Notes under the pieces: model-generated
The model's database searches: none
Seen by the model: the letters and a program-made list of their open reading frames with translations, nothing else
What the model was told of the DNA's origin: nothing
Position numbers and translations under genes: made by a program
IMG/VR virus record: IMGVR_UViG_3300025687_000022
Length of the DNA stretch: 64,000 bases
From: a virus
Strand: one strand, 5' to 3'
Part shown: in pieces, positions 9,939 to 20,004 of the stretch
Numbering within the stretch: position 1 is the stretch's first letter
Layout: each line of letters starts with the position of its first letter

Positions 9939-10666
9939 ACTATAGTAACGCCTTTTTTCTGTACCACAATTGTAGCACATGTATTACCGAATTTTATAGA
10001 TTTATGAATATTTTTAGATTTTACATATTCGGCAACCATAGCAGCAATAAAAGTATCACCAGCACCCGATGTGTCTTTGATTTCTACTTTTGGTACTGGA
10101 TAAATCATATTATTATACTTTGCCCCATCTGATCCCATTGTTACTATTAGGGTGTTTAATATTTCTTCATCTAATATGTGTTTTGTTTTTTCATATTCAT
10201 CAAGGTTAATCTTAATATAATTTATGCTTTTACACCACGAGCCTAAAATCTTTTTTGTATCTAAAAATACACAATCATGATTTTCTCCAATAAACTTTAT
10301 ATCTTCTTCCGTAAGAAAACCTTTGTTATAATCAGAAATTAGAATAACCGCATACTGAGAAAAATCTATTTTCTTAATATCACATTTATCATAAGAATTA
10401 TCATTTTTATCAAGTCTCATAAACATATGATTTGTCTTTTCATCAATAAATCTAGTTTTTGTAATATTTTTAAAATTATTGTTTGTGTGTAGAGTGCATT
10501 CAACTTCTAGAGATTGTAGATTTTGATAAACATTATAAGCCATTCCTCCATTTTCAATTTTATACAAAGGATTAAAAACAGGTACGGGGGCTTCAGGACA
10601 CAACCTTTTACATTCTCCGTACATAAATATATCTAAACAACTCTCTCCTATAACAAGAACTGTCAT
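9935..10666 (-). CDS. PfkB-family sugar kinase (RfaE/HldE domain I-like)
   Basis: RLCPEAPVPV, ISDYNKG and DTSGAGDTF motifs; likely start MTVLVIG at 10666. Confidence 0.85.
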   Translation of the reverse strand: MTVLVIGESCLDIFMYGECKRLCPEAPVPVFNPLYKIENGGMAYNVYQNLQSLEVECTLHTNNNFKNITKTRFIDEKTNHMFMRLDKNDNSYDKCDIKKIDFSQYAVILISDYNKGFLTEEDIKFIGENHDCVFLDTKKILGSWCKSINYIKINLDEYEKTKHILDEEILNTLIVTMGSDGAKYNNMIYPVPKVEIKDTSGAGDTFIAAMVAEYVKSKNIHKSIKFGNTCATIVVQKKGVTIV

Positions 10667-11829
10667 TATATATCCTTTATAACGTTGCAAATAAATTCTA
10701 TCTCTTCTTCGGTCAATTCGGGGTAATTAGGCACAAAAAATCCTCTAGAATGAATTGCATCGCTTTGAAAATCAGCGAATTCATTATACAAATCAATCCA
10801 AAATGGATGTCTTCCTAAATTTCCAGCACTAAAAATTCTTGTCTCGATACCGTTTTCAACCAAACGACTTACTATTTCTTTTCTATGTTGCGTACTGTTA
10901 GCTAAGGCACCAAAAGAAATAGATACCGGGTACTCAACTCCCCAATCTTGAAACTCAACATAGCCTTGAAGCTTTTTAGCATACAGTAAATGATTTCTAT
11001 TTCTGTTTTTAGATGCCCACTCTGCTTTTTTGATTTGTCTAATTCCCAAAAAAGCCTGCAAGTCTGTTGACCTTAAATTGTATCCGGGTACAAAAAATGT
11101 AAAAGGAGAATGAAAATCGTCAATATTCCTTTCTTTCATCATGTCACTATAAGTTTCCTCATCCAGATCTTTAGCCCAACCGTGACTACGCAACATTAAA
11201 AGCATATCATAAAGTTTCTTATCATTGACGTTTACCATACCACCTTCAATTGTGGAAAGCTGATGTCCAAAATAAAATGAAAAAGAAGACATATCACCGA
11301 TAGTACCAACCATTGTGCCATCACTATATCTAGCCCCAAGTGCTGCACAAGCGTCCTCTAGAAGTACAAAACCATATTTTTCTTTCAGTTTCAACAACCT
11401 TTCTTTATGATGAGGAACACCCAATACTTGTACAAATATAACAGCATCAGGTCTTTCGGTTTCACAAATTTGCTCCAACTGATCCAGATCAATACCAAAA
11501 GTTTTTGGGTCCGCACCACACATAATTGGGTGTAATCCTAGCTGAATAGCTGGTGAAATCGTTGTAACCCATCCAACCGATGGAACAACTATTTTCTTAT
11601 TTGGTATTAGACCACATTGAACTGCTGTGGCTATCATTAAAAGATTAGCCGAAGACCCAGAATTATTGAATACTGAATATTTTGTACCGATATATTCAGC
11701 CCAATCTTTTTCTACCTGTAAAGTCAAATCTCCTTTTGTTAGTCTAGGATAACTTTTTAGCCAATTGCACAGCGCATCGACATCTTCATCATTAATTGTT
11801 TCTTTAGCCAACGGATATCTTATTTTCAT
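10666..11829 (-). CDS. DegT/DnrJ-fold PLP enzyme, probably a ColD/RfbH-type NDP-sugar 3-dehydratase
   Basis: NSGSSANLL and EDAC motifs. SFYFGHQLSTIEGG has His where aminotransferases carry the Schiff-base Lys. Confidence 0.8.
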   Translation of the reverse strand: MKIRYPLAKETINDEDVDALCNWLKSYPRLTKGDLTLQVEKDWAEYIGTKYSVFNNSGSSANLLMIATAVQCGLIPNKKIVVPSVGWVTTISPAIQLGLHPIMCGADPKTFGIDLDQLEQICETERPDAVIFVQVLGVPHHKERLLKLKEKYGFVLLEDACAALGARYSDGTMVGTIGDMSSFSFYFGHQLSTIEGGMVNVNDKKLYDMLLMLRSHGWAKDLDEETYSDMMKERNIDDFHSPFTFFVPGYNLRSTDLQAFLGIRQIKKAEWASKNRNRNHLLYAKKLQGYVEFQDWGVEYPVSISFGALANSTQHRKEIVSRLVENGIETRIFSAGNLGRHPFWIDLYNEFADFQSDAIHSRGFFVPNYPELTEEEIEFICNVIKDI

Positions 11830-12353
11830 TTAATCTCCTTTAAAAATTTAGATTTTTTGTCTCGTTCTGATAAAACCGGCAATGCCTTTATTAAAGGCCA
11901 TTTAATGTCTAATATTGGTTCGTCCCATCTTAGAGAAAATTGGTTTTCTGGAGAAACATAGTTTTCTGACCATTTATAATAGAACAAGCAATCTTCAGTT
12001 AAACAGTAGTGTCCATTCAAGAAATTTTTAGGAATAAAAACAGCAAAATTGCTATCTTCGTCCATCTCTATCTCAAATTTTTGTAAATATTGTTCACTTT
12101 GTTTATCATAATTTACAATAGCTAAATATATTTTTCCTTTAAGGCAGTATATCAATTTATCATTTATTGAATCTCCGTGCAAGCCCCTTAATACATTTTT
12201 TTTTGATTTTGTCAATTTATCAATTTTAAAATCTGGAAATTGGTTTACATCAAATAAATTTGTGATATTTCCTCTATTGTCTGAGAAGTTTTCTAAATAT
12301 ATTTTATACACTCCATTTAATGGAAGCTCTTCTTTTACAAACAACATTTTCAT
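11826..12353 (-). CDS. rmlC: dTDP-4-dehydrorhamnose 3,5-epimerase family
   Basis: FSDNRG, SKKNVLRGLH, IPKNFLNGH, RWDEPILDIKWP and LSERD motifs. Confidence 0.85.
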   Translation of the reverse strand: MKMLFVKEELPLNGVYKIYLENFSDNRGNITNLFDVNQFPDFKIDKLTKSKKNVLRGLHGDSINDKLIYCLKGKIYLAIVNYDKQSEQYLQKFEIEMDEDSNFAVFIPKNFLNGHYCLTEDCLFYYKWSENYVSPENQFSLRWDEPILDIKWPLIKALPVLSERDKKSKFLKEIK

Positions 12354-12378
12354 ACAATATTGTACTCCACAAATCAGT

Positions 12379-13167
12379 TCATTTGTTATTATTTTGCATA
12401 TTATTATATGCTTTTATCATTCGATCTGCAACTATATTTAAATATAGATTTTTGGCTTGTTGCGCGACTAAATCATAATAGTACAAATTTTCAGGGTTTT
12501 TCATACCATCCATTTCCATATTGTTATAAGATCCCCCAAATCCTGATGCTCCATCGGTGGGATTCCGACTGAAAAAATCGGGGACTGTTCTCCACAAATC
12601 TATCCCGTAAGACTCATACATTAAGATATGCAATAATGTTTTCCAATTATCTCCATTACATTGCCAACCGTAATTTTGTAAAACTTCAATACATCTTACT
12701 GAAAAGCATGGCAAACTAACACCTTCATTGTGTTTCCATACTTCCATGATTTGCGGTTCTCTCCAGCGACCTTTATAAAGCTCTACTCTTGGACGGCGGG
12801 GACCAACAAAACAATATTCATCTTTTATTGATAAGATATCATCAATAAAACCTTTTTTTATAAATGTGAAATCATCAGCACAAAGTAGAACAAATGTTGA
12901 TTTTTGGTTTCTTTGTGAAAACAAATAAAAATGATCTAAATGAAAACCATGACGACCTTCGCCTCTTGACCAAACAAAAGTTTTAACACTAAAAGGAAAT
13001 TTATTAAAATATTCTTGAGGAGGGCGTAAATCATCATCAGAATCATATTTTATCAAAACCTCACAATTTTCCGCATTTCCTCCACATTGCTGTAAACTTG
13101 TCAGTAGTTGATCTATATTGCTATCTTTATTACCTTTTACTCTTGAAGTCAATATCAATGTTAACAC
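12379..13167 (-). CDS. GT-A fold (GT2-like) glycosyltransferase
   Basis: N-terminal beta strand, KYDSDD and LCADD acidic motifs; lies within the sugar cluster. Confidence 0.55.
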   Translation of the reverse strand: MLTLILTSRVKGNKDSNIDQLLTSLQQCGGNAENCEVLIKYDSDDDLRPPQEYFNKFPFSVKTFVWSRGEGRHGFHLDHFYLFSQRNQKSTFVLLCADDFTFIKKGFIDDILSIKDEYCFVGPRRPRVELYKGRWREPQIMEVWKHNEGVSLPCFSVRCIEVLQNYGWQCNGDNWKTLLHILMYESYGIDLWRTVPDFFSRNPTDGASGFGGSYNNMEMDGMKNPENLYYYDLVAQQAKNLYLNIVADRMIKAYNNMQNNNK

Positions 13168-13177
13168 AAAATACCTC

Positions 13178-13948
13178 TCAAATTTCTAAATAAAATTTCT
13201 TCATATCTTCTAGATTATCAAAAACACTGTTTTTGTCATAGTAGTTGTTATTCAAATTACCAACCAGATTGTATAGAACAATCATATCGTAAACATCATA
13301 AGTTGTTTTAGCGTTTCTCCCAGCCCAATCCCACAAAGTAATTTCTCTGCATTCTATTGTTGGTTCCCCCATGTGACCAAGATAAATTGACATATAGTTG
13401 TCTGCTACATGGTGTAGGAAATGAGGATGAAATATTTTTTCTCCAAACAACTCATAAGTTTTTCTGTCCATTGTTGGGAATTTCATAATATAATTTCTAT
13501 TATGTTTTCTTTCGGCTTTGGTTATTGGGTGTATTACACTTGGCGGAACTAATTCGGCTGGTAATTTATAGTAATGCCCGTTATTTTTAACCGTAACTGA
13601 TAAGCTAGTAACTTTATATATTCTATCATAATATAAAGGAGATTGTAAGAAATTAATAACAGAAAACAAATTTTTTGACGGCAAATAATCATCTACCAAA
13701 ACACAAAGATAATCTCCATTTGCCTGAGAAGCAAGAAAATTAATTGGGCGTATTGATCCTTCGTTGTCAGTATCTTTAAAATATTTAATATTTTTACTAT
13801 CAATACCAGAATTGGTAGAAGAAACTAAAATTTCATAATCAAAACCCAAGCTGTCCATACGATTAATAGTTAATATTGTTTTATCTAAATATTTTTCGTG
13901 TGACCTGTTGGTTGGTATCAAAAAAGAAATATCTTTTTTACTTTTCAT
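13178..13948 (-). CDS. GT-A fold (GT2-like) glycosyltransferase
   Basis: ISFLIPTNR and ANGDYLCVLVDD; likely start MKSKK at 13948. Confidence 0.6.
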   Translation of the reverse strand: MKSKKDISFLIPTNRSHEKYLDKTILTINRMDSLGFDYEILVSSTNSGIDSKNIKYFKDTDNEGSIRPINFLASQANGDYLCVLVDDYLPSKNLFSVINFLQSPLYYDRIYKVTSLSVTVKNNGHYYKLPAELVPPSVIHPITKAERKHNRNYIMKFPTMDRKTYELFGEKIFHPHFLHHVADNYMSIYLGHMGEPTIECREITLWDWAGRNAKTTYDVYDMIVLYNLVGNLNNNYYDKNSVFDNLEDMKKFYLEI

Positions 13949-14477
13949 TATAATAATCACCCCACTCAACTAAAATGGTACTTTTTCCATCTGTCCTGTG
14001 ATATGCTTTATGATATGCTGGAAAAATATCTTCTGGCTCATCTAGTCTTATAACTTCTACTGTTGTCAACATATTTCTAAATGCATCGGTAAAGTCTCCA
14101 GTGTGTTGTATTTGCGGATTTAAAGGATTTTCAGACCCAATGCCAACCCGAATAATTGCTTTTGGAGCATATTCTCCGTGTGTATAAATTGAGTATTTGT
14201 CCAAATGATTAACCAATTGATTTACTGCTAAAAGAAGAAAATTCCAACGCGGGTATATACTAATCGGAACAGTTCCAGCTATGCTTAAGCCATTTGTGAT
14301 TCCCATTTGCATTTCTTCATTAACAGGCATTTCCAACAATTTATTTCTTGGAACTTCTTTCAAAGTATTTGTCATTGCCGTTCCTTTATATTCAACCGCT
14401 TGACCCAAAAATAAAGTATTATTTTGTTCTCCCAAATAAGACATAGCACGGCTTAATTCATCAAAATATTTTCCCAT
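13938..14477 (-). CDS. TPP-dependent enzyme, E1-beta/transketolase pyrimidine-binding subunit (short form)
   Basis: LFLGQAV, EMPVNEEMQMGITNGLS and QLVNH motifs. Confidence 0.8.
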   Translation of the reverse strand: MGKYFDELSRAMSYLGEQNNTLFLGQAVEYKGTAMTNTLKEVPRNKLLEMPVNEEMQMGITNGLSIAGTVPISIYPRWNFLLLAVNQLVNHLDKYSIYTHGEYAPKAIIRVGIGSENPLNPQIQHTGDFTDAFRNMLTTVEVIRLDEPEDIFPAYHKAYHRTDGKSTILVEWGDYYNEK

Positions 14478-14489
14478 ATTGTTTTCTCC

Positions 14490-15101
14490 TTAAAATTGAA
14501 CTCTGATTCCAGCACCAGCATGAGGATATTTGTCTAATTTATATTTATAATAAGTAACATAATCGTCATTAATACCTTCATAAGTTAGCTTTTCCATATT
14601 CCATGTTGCTCTTGTGTCGGTGCAAACTGATTTTCCATTATCTTCAATTATAAAGTGTATCGGCAATTTGTGATTACGAGCATATTTTATACACTCATGG
14701 GCAGCGCCAGTCTCGGAAGTCATTTCTCCCATAAAACAATATACTTTATTTTTTCCGCCTCGACGTTTAATATCAATGGCTATGCCTAATGAAACAGACA
14801 ATTGTCCAGTTACAATTCCAGAACAAAGAATTTTGTGTTCTTTAAAACTTAAAGATATCGATCTCCCTTCTAAGATCGCTTCCTTCAATTGTTTTGGTGG
14901 AACACCTTTTAAAAGACACTGATAATGGCTTCTCCAAGAACATAAAACCCAATCTTCTTTTCCTATTTTATGTTTTTTAAAAACATCAATTATTTGTTCT
15001 TCATTACCATTATATAAATGAACAGGAGCTTTAATCATGGCTGAATTAAAACAATCTGCTATATCATTTTCGAATTCTATCAATTCTTCTTTTGTTAACA
15101 T
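14490..15101 (-). CDS. TPP-dependent enzyme, E1-alpha subunit-like (short form)
   Basis: PVHLYNGNE, WRSHY, SGIVTG and the TPP motif variant GEMTSETG...IEDN. Confidence 0.8.
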   Translation of the reverse strand: MLTKEELIEFENDIADCFNSAMIKAPVHLYNGNEEQIIDVFKKHKIGKEDWVLCSWRSHYQCLLKGVPPKQLKEAILEGRSISLSFKEHKILCSGIVTGQLSVSLGIAIDIKRRGGKNKVYCFMGEMTSETGAAHECIKYARNHKLPIHFIIEDNGKSVCTDTRATWNMEKLTYEGINDDYVTYYKYKLDKYPHAGAGIRVQF

Positions 15102-16616
15102 TTAATCACCTAATATTTTCCTCTTTAATTTATGTTCGCACATTTTCACAATTCCATCGTGGGTTTCTTGACCGAATTTTTGCTTAATGTAACTTAGGTA
15201 TTTTGGATTTTGATAATACTCGTTAAAAGCATTATCTCTAAATTTTACTACTTCTGAAGAAGTAATATATTTTGTACTTAAAGGAAGTATATCATAGGAA
15301 TGCTGTGAATATCCACTATAAGTTTCTGGTAAGGGTAAATTATTTTTGATAGCATCCAAATATAGTCGTGAACCGGGGTATGCCATAGAACAATAAAAAT
15401 TGGCAAATTCACAATTTAAGTCTTTTGCTAGTTCTAAAGTTTCTCTCATTGTGCTGTGATCATCTTCCGGTAGACCAAAAATAAAATTCCCTATTACATT
15501 AATTCCAGAATCTTGTATTTCTTTAACTAAATCAGAAATCTTTACATCTGTAAACTTTCCTTTAACAACATCTTTTCTAACTACACCGTTACCAGACTCG
15601 ATACCAAGAGCTAACCATTCTATACCAGCTTTCTTTAGAGTGTCTAGGTAAGATTTTTTAACTGTATCAATTCTAGCATATGCCCAAATATTAAAATCAT
15701 ATTTTCTGTCTATTATTAGATTACACAATTTTAAAAAATGATCTTGATTTAAAACAAACATTTCGTCAGCAATTTTGATATTTCTAATCCCCATTTGATG
15801 TATCTTATCAAATTCATTTATAGCATATTCTGGATTCCAAAATCTAAATTTGTTTCTTTCATAATTCCAGTTCTCAACATTATTATTTCCAAACGGGGCG
15901 TTAATGCAACAAAAACTACATCTAAATGGACAACCCAAACTAGTATAAAGAGAGGCAAAAGGCATTGTTTGATTTTTGTTAGACATCCCATGCCAATTTG
16001 AAGTTCTATATTTTTCCATTGGCAACAAATCCCAAGCCATACCCGGAAGTTCTGTTTGCATCTCTTCTTGTGTTATTAATGGGGCAGGTTTAGTAAAACA
16101 AATTTTATCTCCATCCCTATACCATAAACCGGGAACCTTACTTAGCTGATAAGGATCCGATAAATTATCAACTTCCATTAATGCTGTTAATGTTCTGGGT
16201 CCTTCTCCCTGACAAACAAAATCAGTTTTTTCGTCTTGCATTGTTTTTCTAGAAACAGCAGACGGATAAAGTCCTGTTATTAGTACTTTTCTTTCTGGAT
16301 TGTTTTGTTTTAATATTTCTAAGCAATTGTGGACACCTAGCATATTCTGAGCCGATGCTGATGGCTGCTGTCCATAGACAACAAACACTACTAACTTTGG
16401 ATCAAAATCTTCTATTTTTAAATAACTTTCGACTGGACTTAGCTGCTCAGCCTCACAATCTAATATGGCTACATTTTCATATCCTTTCGAGCGGACATGA
16501 TTTGCCAACAAAGCAGCCCATATTGGTGGCTCTATAGCTGAGTATTTTTTACTCAGACTCTGATAAATTTGTTTTGAAGCATTCGGATGCACAAATAGAA
16601 TGTCCAATTTATTCAT
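15102..16616 (-). CDS. B12-binding radical SAM enzyme
   Basis: N-terminal cobalamin-binding domain (EPPIWAALLA, VCQGEG), CPFRCSFC motif, LGIESG and FIFGLP. Confidence 0.9.
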   Translation of the reverse strand: MNKLDILFVHPNASKQIYQSLSKKYSAIEPPIWAALLANHVRSKGYENVAILDCEAEQLSPVESYLKIEDFDPKLVVFVVYGQQPSASAQNMLGVHNCLEILKQNNPERKVLITGLYPSAVSRKTMQDEKTDFVCQGEGPRTLTALMEVDNLSDPYQLSKVPGLWYRDGDKICFTKPAPLITQEEMQTELPGMAWDLLPMEKYRTSNWHGMSNKNQTMPFASLYTSLGCPFRCSFCCINAPFGNNNVENWNYERNKFRFWNPEYAINEFDKIHQMGIRNIKIADEMFVLNQDHFLKLCNLIIDRKYDFNIWAYARIDTVKKSYLDTLKKAGIEWLALGIESGNGVVRKDVVKGKFTDVKISDLVKEIQDSGINVIGNFIFGLPEDDHSTMRETLELAKDLNCEFANFYCSMAYPGSRLYLDAIKNNLPLPETYSGYSQHSYDILPLSTKYITSSEVVKFRDNAFNEYYQNPKYLSYIKQKFGQETHDGIVKMCEHKLKRKILGD

Positions 16617-16627
16617 TTTTTTATTCC

Positions 16628-17563
16628 TTAATAATTCGCATACCACGGTGATTCTATAATAGAATAAGCTTTTATCAATTGTATAATACCATCATCCAAA
16701 TCATATTTGCAGTCAAATCCTTTATTATAAATCTTCTGACTACTAACTTCATAATCACGAACATCTGGATCAGTATTTATTTCCGCTTTTATAATTTGTA
16801 AAGGTATGTGCTCTTGAATTTTTTTAGCTAGCTGTAGCTTATTCATATTTATTCCATCGTGACCCACATTATATGTCTCATTTTTACAATTATCCCAATT
16901 ATCAATTACAAATTTAAAAGATCTACATGCATCTTGTAAGTGCAAATAATTTCTCATAAATTCACATTCGTATAAAACTAATACGCCTTCTCTCAGTGCC
17001 TTAAGAACAAAATTATTTACCAATAGATCTGTTCTCATTCTAGAACCGGGTCCGAATACAGTTGCAAATCTAAAAGTGACATGATTTTCTATTTCTCGAT
17101 AAGCCTTTTCTGCCTGAACTTTTGTTGTTCCATATAGAGAAACTGGATTAAGAGGAGATTCTTCTGTACACATGGAGCCATCTTTGGAGGTTCCATAACC
17201 AGAATTAGTGCAAGGATAAATCACCATTTGATCTTTTGATTTGTTATCGGCAATCCATTGATTTACCTCATAATTTATTTCTCTTGCTCCTCGTTTGTCT
17301 TTTTCGCACAACGGGAAGCCGACTAAAGCTGCCAAGGGTATAATAACATCTGCTTGTGCCATATGCTTTCGTAAAAAATTTATATTTCTTACATCCCCTT
17401 TTTCAAAATTAAAATTTGAATCAACTGTATATCTTAACAGAGACGTAGCATCATACATAAGATTATCTATACAAGTAACTTGATGACCGTCTCTTAGTAA
17501 ATGTCCCGTCAATTCGCTACCGATATATCCAGCGCCACCTGTAATCAATATTTTTTTACTCAT
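16628..17563 (-). CDS. NAD-dependent NDP-sugar epimerase/dehydratase
   Basis: ITGGAGYIGS Rossmann motif and YGTTK (YxxxK). Confidence 0.9.
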   Translation of the reverse strand: MSKKILITGGAGYIGSELTGHLLRDGHQVTCIDNLMYDATSLLRYTVDSNFNFEKGDVRNINFLRKHMAQADVIIPLAALVGFPLCEKDKRGAREINYEVNQWIADNKSKDQMVIYPCTNSGYGTSKDGSMCTEESPLNPVSLYGTTKVQAEKAYREIENHVTFRFATVFGPGSRMRTDLLVNNFVLKALREGVLVLYECEFMRNYLHLQDACRSFKFVIDNWDNCKNETYNVGHDGINMNKLQLAKKIQEHIPLQIIKAEINTDPDVRDYEVSSQKIYNKGFDCKYDLDDGIIQLIKAYSIIESPWYANY

Positions 17564-17931
17564 TAAAACTCCAATCTTCCAATTAAAATGTCTTTAAACA
17601 TAATCCAATCACACAATTTTGCTTTTATGGGGTGACTAAACGCGGCTGGTTTATTTTTTTCAAAAAAGTAATGCCCAGACCAAGCAAAAGGGTATACTAC
17701 AAAAGGTGCTAAAAACAACAATAACCAAAGTTTAAGGTATACAACCATAGCAATAAATATTATTGTTGCAATCTGTCCTAGTATGTGTGTTCTTCTGGTC
17801 CATCTATTTTGATGTAAGGTTAGATAATATTCATAATATTCACTAAGACTCATATCTTTATTCATTCCAACTAATCTCCCAATCTTTGAATTCTGCTGCC
17901 AGACAATCGATTTTATAATCTTTCCTGCCAC
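17563..17931 (-). CDS. DUF962/Mpo1-like membrane protein
   Basis: YYLTLHQNRWTRRTH and AWSGHYFFEKNKPAAF motifs; the real start may be downstream. Confidence 0.75.
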   Translation of the reverse strand: MAGKIIKSIVWQQNSKIGRLVGMNKDMSLSEYYEYYLTLHQNRWTRRTHILGQIATIIFIAMVVYLKLWLLLFLAPFVVYPFAWSGHYFFEKNKPAAFSHPIKAKLCDWIMFKDILIGRLEF

Positions 17932-18283
17932 CTACAATTTCTTGAATTTTATTTTTAGCAGTATTTCGAATTCCATTTAATCCGTGCGTCAACTCTAGAT
18001 TGTTGCCGTCTTTAATACCTTTACGGTAATTCGACTCGTTATGCCAAATGTGTAAATTCATTTGTGAAAGTACTACGATAGCTCTAATCGTTTTGGCATC
18101 AACTACCATATGTCCTTCTGAAGATTGTTTTTCTTCTAAAATCATCTGGATATCATACAAGATATCTGAAATTTCTTGTGCGTATTCATCTTTATGCTCT
18201 GAAATAAAGACTTCTTTTAACTGTGCGATACTAAGTCTGTCAACTAGTTCCGACAGTGTTGGGAGATATTTCCTATTTGTCAT
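17858..18283 (-). CDS. Hypothetical helical protein of the sugar cluster
   Basis: TLSELVDRLSI...NLHIWHNE; ORF track. Confidence 0.6.
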   Translation of the reverse strand: MTNRKYLPTLSELVDRLSIAQLKEVFISEHKDEYAQEISDILYDIQMILEEKQSSEGHMVVDAKTIRAIVVLSQMNLHIWHNESNYRKGIKDGNNLELTHGLNGIRNTAKNKIQEIVGGRKDYKIDCLAAEFKDWEISWNE

Positions 18284-18372
18284 TTGGGTGTTCCTTTTTT
18301 AATAGAATAAACATATTATAGCGCATATTAAACTGCATTTCAATATAATAATCATTATTCTTGTTATCACAT

Positions 18373-20004
18373 TTATTTTGTATTTAAAAATTGTGAAAAA
18401 TAGTTTTTATAAAGTTCATAGTTTTTTCCAAAAATATGACCATTTTTAAAAAATATCTGCGCTTCTTCTTTACGTTGCTCCAGATTATTTTGCGATTGCG
18501 ATCTGCCGCCTTCCATATATAAACCAACAACTTGTTCAACTTTAGAGAATATGCAGTTCTCGTTAACAGCACGAAGCCATAAATCCCAATCATCTGAAAA
18601 ATCTAGATTTACTTCATCAAAAAAACCAACTTTTTCATGAAGTCTTTTCCTCCACATTGGCATTGGCCCCGGTAAACATTTTATCATATTTTCTTTTGAA
18701 AATGGTAAAATGGAATGTTCAGATAATTTTGTTGATTTGGTGTTTTCTACTGTTTCGTTTTTTTTGTCCGTAACTAAGCAATCCCCATACACCAACTCTA
18801 TTTTATCACTGGATGTTAATCTATTATATAGAATTTCTATACCATCAATACTTTTTCTATCATCTATCATAGCCCAAACAACAAAAGGGCAATTACTCTT
18901 CATGATTGCTATATTGTGTCCAATTGTGGGCTTAAAATTTTTACTATATTGATAATAATGTATATTATTAAATTTTTTCATGTATTTTTTAACTATTTCT
19001 TTTTCTCTGCCGGGTGAAGCAGAATCAACTAGAATTAGTTCACACTGATCGAAAATTGTTTGTTTGGTTATGTTATCTAAATAATCTTCTATGTATTCTT
19101 CTGCTTTATGAAATGTTGTTATAATGCTAATCTTTTTATCAGTTTTTGTGATTCTAGGTTTATCTATTTCCTCTAATACTAAATTTAATATATAATCTCT
19201 TCTATCGTTCATATAATCTATTAATTTTTCGCCTTTTAGCTTAAACCACGGTTCATGACTAGCACCAACCATTTGATTTAAAATAACACCGACTCCCATC
19301 ATTCTAGCTTCACACACAATTCTAGATAATGTTTCCGGTGATTTAGGGAAAAAAATCAATTTTTTGTTATTACTAAGTTTATGTAAAAAATTGATATAAT
19401 TTGAGTCTTCTATTAAATCATATTCTAAATTATTTTTATTACAATAATCAATAGCACCTACTGTGTTTTTATGGGGTATTTGACTTTTCAAAATAGAAAC
19501 TCTATCTTTTTTTTGGTTTTGAGATAAAGCTTTCAATTTAGTTAATACTTCCAAAGACCACAAATTTCCATTTACGGATAAAACATTGTCTAACTCAAGA
19601 TTTTTTGTGATTATATTTTTGTGATAATTTGTTTGGCAAAAGACTTTTTTAGCATTTTTGTAAAAGAAATAATTTCTAAAATTATCATTTGAAGCTTTGA
19701 AGTCTTTAAAAAATATTGGATTTCTTGTATTTAAATATTTATGATCATGTTCGTATATTATGTATTCGCACTCATAGGTAATTTTTTCTCTAACATCATA
19801 TGAAAGATTACAAAAATTAGATATTATATAAAAACAATCCAGATTGTTTTGAATTATTTTCTTAGTAACCAAATGAGATTGAAAACATTCAACTTTCCTA
19901 CCACTATGTCTTAGAAGTTTAATTAATTCATGGTCGTTTAATTCGCCACCACCAACAATGTGGTTTACGAAAAAATCAGCTATATAAATTATTTTTCTAT
20001 TCAT
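18373..20004 (-). CDS. Two-domain glycosyltransferase (GT-B-like N-terminus plus GT2 C-terminus)
   Basis: GGGELND and ETLSRIVCEARMMG (GT-B); ISIITTF, ILVDSAS and SDDWDLWLR (GT2). Confidence 0.8.
   Translation of the reverse strand: MNRKIIYIADFFVNHIVGGGELNDHELIKLLRHSGRKVECFQSHLVTKKIIQNNLDCFYIISNFCNLSYDVREKITYECEYIIYEHDHKYLNTRNPIFFKDFKASNDNFRNYFFYKNAKKVFCQTNYHKNIITKNLELDNVLSVNGNLWSLEVLTKLKALSQNQKKDRVSILKSQIPHKNTVGAIDYCNKNNLEYDLIEDSNYINFLHKLSNNKKLIFFPKSPETLSRIVCEARMMGVGVILNQMVGASHEPWFKLKGEKLIDYMNDRRDYILNLVLEEIDKPRITKTDKKISIITTFHKAEEYIEDYLDNITKQTIFDQCELILVDSASPGREKEIVKKYMKKFNNIHYYQYSKNFKPTIGHNIAIMKSNCPFVVWAMIDDRKSIDGIEILYNRLTSSDKIELVYGDCLVTDKKNETVENTKSTKLSEHSILPFSKENMIKCLPGPMPMWRKRLHEKVGFFDEVNLDFSDDWDLWLRAVNENCIFSKVEQVVGLYMEGGRSQSQNNLEQRKEEAQIFFKNGHIFGKNYELYKNYFSQFLNTK

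Noticed and set aside
13938-15101. Pyruvate dehydrogenase as a central-metabolism auxiliary gene
   Set aside because: Both subunits are short, no E2 or E3 is present, and they are embedded among NDP-sugar genes, which fits sugar tailoring better.
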